Source: a virus (lineage: Duplodnaviria; Caudoviricetes). From it: a DNA stretch of 25,451 nucleotides. The notes under the pieces were generated by a model that searched no databases, was not told the origin of the DNA, and saw only the letters and a program-made list of their open reading frames with translations. The stretch is taken from the IMG/VR virus record IMGVR_UViG_3300034349_000025, positions 1-25,451 of that record; one strand, written 5' to 3'. Of this stretch, positions 18,737 to 25,451 are shown in pieces (positions within the stretch are counted from its first letter, which is position 1; each line of letters opens with the position of its first letter). The position numbers and the translations under genes were made by a program.

Positions 18737-19534
18737 TATGAGTGAAAAGATTGCCGGTGGTTTGTAAAAGGATGTTCTGAATGCCGTCTCTGTTCTCGGC
18801 ATTGCGTGACGTGTTTAGGACGCTCAGGGTGTCCTACGAGCAATGGAGGGCGCAAGTTCTTGCGTCGCTCCGCGCTGATTGGATACGCGTCTACGCAAAG
18901 CCGATGATCCCGCGAAACCTGCCCATGCCGTCCGGGAGACGGCGAACCCACGACCATAAGGCGGTCGTCAGGGGACGCCTCTAACGTGATTGCGAAAATA
19001 TAACTCCTACTCCGAGGGAAAACGTATCCCTCTAAGGACCTTGAACTGAGCTTTGCCGCAATCGTTTGTGGTATCGCAATGTGCTTCAGTAATGCCGGTG
19101 CTATTGGGTATAAACAACCCGAAGCCTGCCATGTTCAACTTGCACCCACGGGAGTGAATAGCGATGCGTCGCTTTACACAGTCCCGGTTGCGGTCACGTT
19201 CGTTCGACATCGTCCGGGTAAAACCTTCGAGTCGCCCGAACAAGCCGCCGTCCAGCGAGTTGATCTGTTCACACTGCCACGCCGCATGACGAGTACTACG
19301 GCCCCAAGCCCAGGGTTCCAGACCCTGTAAGCCCAACGGCACCCGCGTCAACAATCAAAACGGATTAAGTTCCGCCTTATAAGGGATAGCCATCCCTCAT
19401 CGCATCCCTCCTTAGGTCAATGCGAGCTGTATCAATGTGCCCCTTCTCACTATCGACGAACTGATTGATCCGGCATACGTGCACGGTGATACAGAAGAGT
19501 CTTAGATGAGTGGGGCCATTCCTTTCTTATGCCG
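18737..19534 (+). ncRNA. Candidate large structured non-coding RNA (~800 nt), class not recognised
   Basis: No convincing gene and more than ten stems, with G-U pairs favouring the + strand. Bounded by TATG (18737) and TATGCCG (19528). Boundaries are approximate. Confidence 0.65.
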
Positions 19535-19581
19535 TGATGATATGAAGTACCTTTCTTTTTTGTGTTCTTAGGGAACCCGTC

Positions 19582-19989
19582 ATGGCTGACACCGATACAC
19601 ATGTCTTTGGTAACTTAGACACTCGACACGTAGGTAGACGTAAGAGGATGTTGCTCGCTCCATTCATGTACCGTGACAGGGACTATGGTCCAATCACCGC
19701 ACCGATGGGCAACATCACGGACTTTGCCTCCATTGAAACCCTTCGTGATATTGGCTTCTTCATCATCTATGCTCTGCTGACGGGGTATGGGGATAAAGGC
19801 GCTACCATCCATGATTATCTCTACGGCGGTGGTCTTCCTGATTCTGGTGCTTACATCTCTCGTGCAGACGCCGACAGTGTGTTCTACCGAGCCCTTCGTA
19901 AAGAAGGTGTGGCCAAGTGGAGAACCATGCTGTTCTATAGCGGCGTACGTCTCTTCGGGGGTAAACGCTGGAAAGGCAAACGCAAATGA
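19582..19989 (+). CDS. DUF1353-family protein
   Basis: TDFASI...A.IHDYLY...SRADAD.VF..AL...GV...R....Y.GVRLFG signature. Confidence 0.85.
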   Translation: MADTDTHVFGNLDTRHVGRRKRMLLAPFMYRDRDYGPITAPMGNITDFASIETLRDIGFFIIYALLTGYGDKGATIHDYLYGGGLPDSGAYISRADADSVFYRALRKEGVAKWRTMLFYSGVRLFGGKRWKGKRK

Positions 19990-20285
19990 CTCCAGTCGTT
20001 CAAGTAACCAGTAGCATCAACATCGACCGTGGTAACTCGGCTAAGTGGTTAGAGGTGTACCGCAACGCTAACGCACTCAGAATCCTCATGGAGACGTGGA
20101 AGATCGCTCCAGTGGAAAAGCTAGTGGGTGATGAGTTTGAAGCCGTACGTGTGCTCCTATCGCACATCATGGCCTCATCTGGTCACTTCATCGACGCAGT
20201 GCAAACTGCTTCAACCATGGACCAACTGTTTGACATCCACGCTGAGTTTCTTGCTGTAGCCAAGTCACGGTGTCCAACCATGTGA
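19986..20285 (+). CDS. Hypothetical protein
   Basis: 99 aa, ATGA-coupled, followed by a hairpin. Confidence 0.75.
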   Translation: MTPVVQVTSSINIDRGNSAKWLEVYRNANALRILMETWKIAPVEKLVGDEFEAVRVLLSHIMASSGHFIDAVQTASTMDQLFDIHAEFLAVAKSRCPTM

Positions 20286-20323
20286 GCATAGAGGGAGAGC
20301 CTGATGGCTCTCCCTCTATGCCG
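20286..20323 (+). terminator. 16-bp hairpin + TATGCCG element
   Basis: GCATAGAGGGAGAGCC-TGAT-GGCTCTCCCTCTATGC then CG. Confidence 0.75.
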
Positions 20324-20326
20324 TAT

Positions 20327-20367
20327 GTCGATTCCAATTATTTTCAGCAATACATTGTACAGTTGAA
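20327..20367 (+). promoter_or_regulatory. Putative phage promoter (TCRATTCSAA subclass)
   Basis: GTCGATTCCAA at 20327, TACATT at 20351, TTGAA at 20363. Confidence 0.6.
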
Positions 20368-20416
20368 TAGAGAGACTAATCTTTCTACTCTTAACCTTAT
20401 CTTTAGGAGATTCAAC

Positions 20417-21241
20417 ATGAGCGTTCTCGCCTGCATCGCTATTCGCACCGTCGCTAGAGTCGTACTGGTTCGTCACCTCTTCGGTGGCGTTCGCGGTACA
20501 GTGATCGACGGTGGTCGTCTTCCTCTGTCGCCAGTGGAAGAACTCAAAGAACAACTCCGTGCCAGCATCCTCGAACGTCGGGGTTGTGTGGCTACGGAAG
20601 AGGTTCCTCAAATGGAACCGATCGAAGTGGTTCTGCCACCGAACTTGGATCTCAAAGAGATGGCTCAGAAACGAGGCCACCTCAAAGGCGTCACCACTAT
20701 CGATGTTCATCATCGTGCAGTGTTGAAACCTGAAGTCCAGCTGGAGATCGTTCAAGGTACTCCTGCTGAGAAAGGCGTGACTGTTGAAGTCATTGCTGAC
20801 GACGCAGTTCTGCCAGAGACTCCAGTGAATGCAGAGATCGTGATCTTCGGACCACGTGCTGGTGAACTGGAAGCAGCTGCTCAGGCAGAGATGCCATATG
20901 CTGGTCTCGAGTTCGAAGTCGCATCATTCGAGAAAGCTGACCTGCGCTTCTGGGATAACTTCTTTGCACGTATCGCACAGAAGTCGCATGTACTGGACAT
21001 GCTGGACGATGCTCACCTACTTGGTCTGAAAGACAAGTACAGCAAAGGTTACCATCCGATCCGCGAAATGGGTACCGACGTATACGGCATCGTGCATGTT
21101 ACCAAAAATAGCATGAATGCCCTCTATCTCACTGACCGTGAGTCTGGTACATTCCGTACCGTAACCGCAACCAAACGCTTCAATGAAGCAGACGAGGTAG
21201 GAGTCCTCGAAGCCAAGGCCTTCCTTAACGGACGGTACTGA
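20417..21241 (+). CDS. Hypothetical protein (274 aa)
   Basis: ATG 20417 behind TAGGAG. The upstream extension in the ORF track runs through a hairpin and promoter. Confidence 0.8.
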   Translation: MSVLACIAIRTVARVVLVRHLFGGVRGTVIDGGRLPLSPVEELKEQLRASILERRGCVATEEVPQMEPIEVVLPPNLDLKEMAQKRGHLKGVTTIDVHHRAVLKPEVQLEIVQGTPAEKGVTVEVIADDAVLPETPVNAEIVIFGPRAGELEAAAQAEMPYAGLEFEVASFEKADLRFWDNFFARIAQKSHVLDMLDDAHLLGLKDKYSKGYHPIREMGTDVYGIVHVTKNSMNALYLTDRESGTFRTVTATKRFNEADEVGVLEAKAFLNGRY

Positions 21242-21309
21242 TAACACCGCTGTAAAACACTTTATCTAACCTCGCGGCAATCTCGCCGCATTTGGAAATG
21301 AGCCTTAAC

Positions 21310-21702
21310 ATGAAACCATTGAAACAAGCAATCTACTCCTCCCGCACCGCTGATAAGTTCGTAGTACGTCTGCCGGATGGCATGCGTGAACGTATCGCGG
21401 AAGTGGCCCGTACCCACCACCGTTCCATGAACAGCGAAATCATCGCTCGCCTGGAACGCACTCTGGTCGCTGAAGTTGATGCCGACAAGAGCAAAGGGTC
21501 GGACAAGCCTGTGGAGTCTGTGGAACTGAACGGCCAGTGGATTCCACAGGTCGGTCAACTGATACGCACGCCTCACGGCGCTGTGCGTACCATCCACAGC
21601 TTCATCGCTTACGAGGATGGGTCGATCGAGGCTCGTTTCCCCGGCATGATCCCTGAGTACATTCCACTCGGTGATCTCAAGCCGTTCGTACTGAACCGTT
21701 AA
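21310..21702 (+). CDS. amrZ: AmrZ (AlgZ)-like Arc/ribbon-helix-helix transcription regulator
   Basis: [49 protein letters not shown] is nearly identical to the Pseudomonas AmrZ N-terminal domain as I recall it. The C-terminus differs. Confidence 0.9.
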   Translation: MKPLKQAIYSSRTADKFVVRLPDGMRERIAEVARTHHRSMNSEIIARLERTLVAEVDADKSKGSDKPVESVELNGQWIPQVGQLIRTPHGAVRTIHSFIAYEDGSIEARFPGMIPEYIPLGDLKPFVLNR

Positions 21703-21713
21703 GGAGACGGAAT

Positions 21714-21762
21714 AGATAGGGCGCCGTGAGGCGCCCTATCTCTGCCTTCCTTTTTTCTTTGT
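21714..21762. terminator. Terminator between convergent genes
   Basis: AGATAGGGCGCC-GTGA-GGCGCCCTATCT followed by a pyrimidine/T tract. Confidence 0.8.
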
Positions 21763-22230
21763 TTACCAGTCGTACGAGCGGTTGTTCACGCTGACCACCT
21801 TGACCTGCTTACCTGCGAACCATTTGGCGATGTCGACCTTCTCTTTGCTGACGATCGAATCCTTGATGGTCTCTTGGGTCTTGTACTCGTCCTTGATACC
21901 GTTTGTAGCGTTGAGCACGAGACGCCAGCAGTCTGTGTGGTCAATGGTATACAGCCAGACGTCAAGTGCCTTCATCTCGTTCGTAGTGGGCACACGACCC
22001 TTGTCGATCTCGATGGTGATCTTGTTACCGTCAGACTTGAAGCGAGAAACGTTGAAGTGTTTCTCCAGAGTGGAAGCAAACCCCTGTGAGACGGCCTCTT
22101 CCATAGACGAAGCAGCGTACAGCCATTCGTTGGATTCAGTCCCGTCCCACTGTACCAACTTGCCCGAGTGTTTGATCCCCGGCATTAGCTCGTCTTGACT
22201 ATAGCCTGATCCATGGTAGAGCTTCTTCAT
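21763..22230 (-). CDS. Possible ADP-ribosyltransferase-fold protein
   Basis: LYHGS...WLYAAS...WLYTID...DEY spacing resembles H-Y-x class ARTs. It is the only convincing minus-strand gene and has an AGGGA RBS. Confidence 0.55.
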   Translation of the reverse strand: MKKLYHGSGYSQDELMPGIKHSGKLVQWDGTESNEWLYAASSMEEAVSQGFASTLEKHFNVSRFKSDGNKITIEIDKGRVPTTNEMKALDVWLYTIDHTDCWRLVLNATNGIKDEYKTQETIKDSIVSKEKVDIAKWFAGKQVKVVSVNNRSYDW

Positions 22231-22293
22231 GGTAATCCCTACGTTAAATTAGAATGTTGTCTCAAATCCTGTAATAGACTAAGAGCCACCACG

Positions 22294-22854
22294 ATGAAGA
22301 AGCTGTTGATTTTCCATCCACAGTCTCGGTTCGACGCTAATGACCTTGAACACTACCTATACGATAGTCAAGCGACACGAGATGACTATCTAGACATGTC
22401 CCCGGTGAACATCATATCGGGCGTGTTGAGCATGACCAAATACAACTACTCAGAGTGGGACCTCGCATTGAAGGAAGGAGATGACTCTCACCACTGGCAT
22501 ATCTGCTGGTGCAGTGAAGAGACCTTCGCCTTTGACGACCCCTATCTGAAAGAGCTGTCAGAGTTCGAAAAGGCATTCCGGGGAACACGAGCGCAATGTA
22601 TAGCTGTAATTCATAAGCCAAAGGTGACGTATGCTGTTTACAAAATGGAAGCAGAAGTCTCCGATCTTCTTGCTCTGCACTTGGCCGATATTCTTGGCAA
22701 CGTGGATAATCACACTTATACGCCAGAGATGGCTGAGTGGTTCGGTCTCGGTGCCGAGTACCTCCGACACACCGTCCACGTCGAACCCGAAGCTCTCTCC
22801 GGAGGCAGAACCCACAACGGAAGACCCGCCGAAGTCACGTCCGTCGTGGACTGA
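22294..22854 (+). CDS. Hypothetical protein
   Basis: ATG 22294 (MKKLLIF), divergent from the minus-strand gene. Confidence 0.7.
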   Translation: MKKLLIFHPQSRFDANDLEHYLYDSQATRDDYLDMSPVNIISGVLSMTKYNYSEWDLALKEGDDSHHWHICWCSEETFAFDDPYLKELSEFEKAFRGTRAQCIAVIHKPKVTYAVYKMEAEVSDLLALHLADILGNVDNHTYTPEMAEWFGLGAEYLRHTVHVEPEALSGGRTHNGRPAEVTSVVD

Positions 22855-23365
22855 GATAGTCAGAAAGGTGGAGACTTATCTTGAGTCGACCCTGTTCTAT
22901 TTCATGGAAGCCTCAACGGGTGGTCTAGACGGTAAACCTGTCCGGGTCATGATGGACGATGAGATTCGCATCATGCTGCTCAATGACCTTGCTGAGCAAC
23001 ATGAGTTGACTGCTCTTGAGCGCATGCACTTCTGTTACATGGTCGGCCAAATCAATAGCCGTGCTGTGAGACTGACCAGCAAACCAATGACTGGTGGGGA
23101 AGGTTCTCGGTACATGCTGCACTGTATCATCGTGCCGAGGATCGGTGCTGATCCTGCGGTTCACCAAACGGACAAGATCTCTGTCACAGCAGGGTGCGGT
23201 AAACGCGACTGGGATCACTGGACGCATCTGGAGCAGATGGATGTCCAGAACTTCGTCTTCGACCTCAATGACAAGGCAGGTGATCCTGAGGTGCCATTGG
23301 AGATCAAACTCAAGATGGGTAGGCTGACTACAGTCGTAACCGTTGGAGACATGGTTAAAAATTAA
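22631..23365 (+). CDS. Hypothetical protein with possible N-terminal TM and S/T/P linker (start uncertain)
   Basis: 244 aa ORF with AAGGTG before ATG 22631. Overlaps the previous ORF by 224 nt. Confidence 0.65.
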   Translation: MLFTKWKQKSPIFLLCTWPIFLATWIITLIRQRWLSGSVSVPSTSDTPSTSNPKLSPEAEPTTEDPPKSRPSWTEIVRKVETYLESTLFYFMEASTGGLDGKPVRVMMDDEIRIMLLNDLAEQHELTALERMHFCYMVGQINSRAVRLTSKPMTGGEGSRYMLHCIIVPRIGADPAVHQTDKISVTAGCGKRDWDHWTHLEQMDVQNFVFDLNDKAGDPEVPLEIKLKMGRLTTVVTVGDMVKN

Positions 23366-23425
23366 CCACCTCATCCGAGATATGAGGGAAACATTTCATT
23401 CCCATAACGAAGTAAGGATTACTCC

Positions 23426-24244
23426 ATGCCAGCTCCAAAGAAAGCCGTTGTGCCGAAGAAAGCTACCACCACTGCCGCTGCCAAGCCAGCAGCGAAGAAA
23501 CCTGCTCCAGCCAAGAAGCCCGCTGCTAAAAAGCCAGCCGCTTCGATCAAGGCTCCAGCGGTAAAGAAACCCGCCGTGGCGAAGAAAGCCCCAACTGTCC
23601 CTGCTGTTAAAGCACCAGCGGCGAAGCCTGCACTGAAAGCTCCAGCCAAACCTGCTGCTGTGAAGAAGCCAGTGGCCAAGATCGGTGCTGCTGACGGCAT
23701 CAAGAAGACCGCCATCCCTGCGACCCCGATTGCCAAGCCTGCTCCAAAGCGCGCTGCTGCCAAACCAGCGGCGAAGCCAAAAGCCGAAGTCAAGGCTGCC
23801 GTTTCCAGAGCAGTGCCTGCCGGTTTCAGCGGCACCATGAAGTCTGACGATCAGCTGAAAGAAACCGTGGCCACTGCTCGTCCAAGCGACCTCGGTGAAG
23901 AAGTCACCGTGCTCAGCGCCGAGCCAACCGACCACGTGGTGCTGGCTCAGACCAATCCGTTGGGTTCGGACTACACCATCAACTTCTTCAGCGGCAAAGG
24001 CGGCGTTGCTTTCCGTCAACTGCACGTGACTGCTCAGCAGAAGTCGAAGAAGCGTCTGGCCATCGAAGTGACCATCTCCAGCGTCCTGAAAGCCGTCCTC
24101 GGTTACGAGAACAAGCGCAGCCAGACCAAGGCGTTCCGTGGTCTGACCAAGCTGTCCGTTGTGGTTACTCGCAACAGCACTTCGGTTACCCAGCCGCTGT
24201 CGGTTCTGCTGCACCTGAACCCGCTGCAAGCCATGGCGTTCTAA
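23426..24244 (+). CDS. Histone H1-like/AlgP-like protein with KPAA/KKPA repeats and a globular C-terminus
   Basis: AAGGA RBS. About 125 aa of K/P/A repeats followed by a beta-rich domain. Confidence 0.8.
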   Translation: MPAPKKAVVPKKATTTAAAKPAAKKPAPAKKPAAKKPAASIKAPAVKKPAVAKKAPTVPAVKAPAAKPALKAPAKPAAVKKPVAKIGAADGIKKTAIPATPIAKPAPKRAAAKPAAKPKAEVKAAVSRAVPAGFSGTMKSDDQLKETVATARPSDLGEEVTVLSAEPTDHVVLAQTNPLGSDYTINFFSGKGGVAFRQLHVTAQQKSKKRLAIEVTISSVLKAVLGYENKRSQTKAFRGLTKLSVVVTRNSTSVTQPLSVLLHLNPLQAMAF

Positions 24245-24252
24245 GTCGTTAA

Positions 24253-24287
24253 CATAAAGGGAGGGCTTCGGCTCTCCTTTTATGCCG
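24253..24287 (+). terminator. Hairpin + TATGCCG element
   Basis: CATAAAGGGAGGGC-TTCG-GCTCTCCTTTTATG then CCG. Confidence 0.75.
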
Positions 24288-24319
24288 TCTACTATGAATC
24301 ATCTTACAGGTAAATAGCC

Positions 24320-24820
24320 ATGGGCTTTATAACCGCGCTAAGGACGTTCGTCGGTGGAATCACAGTCAAAGCGCTTATGATCGTCATAGGCCTCGTTGCT
24401 GCGGTTGTATTCGGTAACTACGTCTTGGATCTACACAGCGAACGGGATGCTGCTGTGACTGCTGCCGCTGATTGGAAGAAGAAGGCAGAAGGTCTCGACT
24501 TGCGTGTCAAGTCGGTAGACGATACCCAGCAAAAACGGGAAGAGAAGTTCGCTGACCTTGATCAATCGAACATTGACCTGTTGTGCATGGCTCGCTATGA
24601 CCTGCCACCTATCCAGATTGAAGGGCCGAAGGCTGTCCCTGAAGTCATTGAGGTGACCAAGTACAAGGACAAGATCGTGCCTGTGAAAGTACAGGGAACC
24701 GCTAAAGACCGTGCTACTTCCGATCAGATCGGTACACAGGCTTTAAGCAATAGCTGGAAGGCATACTGCATCGCCACTGATCATAAGGCGGAGATCTGTA
24801 AGCCCTACCGCAAGGAGTAA
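24320..24820 (+). CDS. Putative inner-membrane spanin (Rz-like)
   Basis: N-terminal TM, coiled-coil-like periplasmic region with Cys, directly upstream of a lipoprotein gene. Confidence 0.7.
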   Translation: MGFITALRTFVGGITVKALMIVIGLVAAVVFGNYVLDLHSERDAAVTAAADWKKKAEGLDLRVKSVDDTQQKREEKFADLDQSNIDLLCMARYDLPPIQIEGPKAVPEVIEVTKYKDKIVPVKVQGTAKDRATSDQIGTQALSNSWKAYCIATDHKAEICKPYRKE

Positions 24821-24823
24821 CGC

Positions 24824-25075
24824 ATGAGAGTATTGTTGGTAATTATCCTGATGGTGGTCGTTATGACTACCGCAGGGTGCACACATTGGAACTACACCCC
24901 TACGCCGGAGTGCGAGTACGCTAAGCCTCCGACCCCTCAAGCATACCTGAAGGGTAGCGTGGATGAGCGTTTGGTCATGATGACCCAGGCCTACACGGGA
25001 CAGGTAGTGAAGACAACCGAATGCAACAGCAACATCGAGAAGATCAACGCAAAGAACACCGCGCTCTTCCAGTAA
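24824..25075 (+). CDS. Putative outer-membrane spanin lipoprotein (Rz1-like)
   Basis: AAGGAG RBS, signal peptide with lipobox TAG-C19, Pro-rich linker, C-terminal C-N motif. Confidence 0.75.
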   Translation: MRVLLVIILMVVVMTTAGCTHWNYTPTPECEYAKPPTPQAYLKGSVDERLVMMTQAYTGQVVKTTECNSNIEKINAKNTALFQ

Positions 25076-25110
25076 CATACGGCCGGGGGTTCGCCCCTGG
25101 CTTTATGCCG
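25076..25110 (+). terminator. Hairpin + TATGCCG element
   Basis: CATA-C-GGCCGGGGG-TTCG-CCCCTGGCT-T-TATGCCG. Confidence 0.7.
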
Positions 25111-25116
25111 CATCGC

Positions 25117-25157
25117 TTCAATTCGAAAATATCTTGGCAATACATTGTAGTAGTGAG
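25117..25157 (+). promoter_or_regulatory. Putative phage promoter (TTCAATTCGAA subclass)
   Basis: TTCAATTCGAA at 25117, TACATT at 25141, GTGAG at 25153. Confidence 0.65.
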
Positions 25158-25197
25158 TACAACCTACTACCTACCCCGTTCTTTAGGAGAACACACC

Positions 25198-25451
25198 ATG
25201 CAACACGATATCGTTGAGCTCTTGGACGCCATCAAACACGCCAAAGATAACTTTGGCAGTGATAAGGATGCCAAGTACTACTTTGTTCGTAAGGAATTGG
25301 AAGATGCATTCGGCGTAGCCTATCGTGAAGATCAGGTGAAGTTCGAATGTGTTCAGATCTTGGCCTGGACTAAAGGAACCAAGATTGAGATCAAGGTCAT
25401 CGGCTTGAACGATGATGTCCAGTTCCAACGGGAGTTCATTGCCGACGCGGT
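25198..25451 (+). CDS. 5' part of a hypothetical protein (runs off window end)
   Basis: TAGGAG RBS, ATG 25198, MQHDIVELLDAIKHAK... open to the end. Confidence 0.8.
   Translation, partial: MQHDIVELLDAIKHAKDNFGSDKDAKYYFVRKELEDAFGVAYREDQVKFECVQILAWTKGTKIEIKVIGLNDDVQFQREFIADA

Noticed and set aside
18736-19354. Short ORFs (67-115 aa) inside the large gap
   Set aside because: No RBS, atypical composition and codon usage. The region is better explained by RNA structure, although a small peptide cannot be excluded.
18737-19534. Assignment of the structured region as tmRNA, RNase P, group I/II intron or hammerhead
   Set aside because: Only fragments resemble these (ACAGTCC, GGGTAAAACC, CCGATGA..GAAA). 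I found no tRNA-like ends, P4 or P7 pairs, domain V or CUGANGA core by eye.
20270-20416. ORF-track upstream extension (similarly at 8283, 11665, 13517, 17068, 18097 and 22213)
   Set aside because: These run through hairpins, promoters or neighbouring genes, and better-supported starts lie downstream.
23396-24229. Minus-strand ORFs including an A/G/F-rich hydrophobic 139-aa ORF
   Set aside because: Mirror of the KPAA-repeat codons on the + strand.
25183-25428. 81-aa minus-strand ORF
   Set aside because: Antisense to a + strand gene that has a promoter motif and strong RBS.
1-25451. CRISPR array, tRNA genes, IS or integrase
   Set aside because: No regularly spaced repeats, cloverleaf with T-loop/CCA, or transposase/recombinase motifs were seen.

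Overview
Gene-dense segment, almost entirely on the + strand, most consistent with a large lytic Pseudomonas phage genome (phiKZ-like jumbo phage; inferred from gene content and motifs). Recognisable genes are a macrodomain protein, an SspB-like ClpXP adaptor, an NAD+-dependent DNA ligase, DHFR, an HslV/proteasome-beta-like Ntn hydrolase followed by a probable degenerate paralog, a DUF1353 protein, a captured AmrZ (Arc/RHH) regulator, a possible ADP-ribosyltransferase, a histone H1/AlgP-like protein and an i-spanin/o-spanin pair, among many hypothetical proteins. Intergenic regions carry a recurring promoter-like motif (TACATT-N6-GTGAA, with two upstream subclasses) and GC-rich hairpins followed by TATGCCG. 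The most unusual element is an ~800-nt gap at 18718-19581 with no convincing gene, packed with G-U-containing stems and a possible double pseudoknot. It is a candidate large structured ncRNA.
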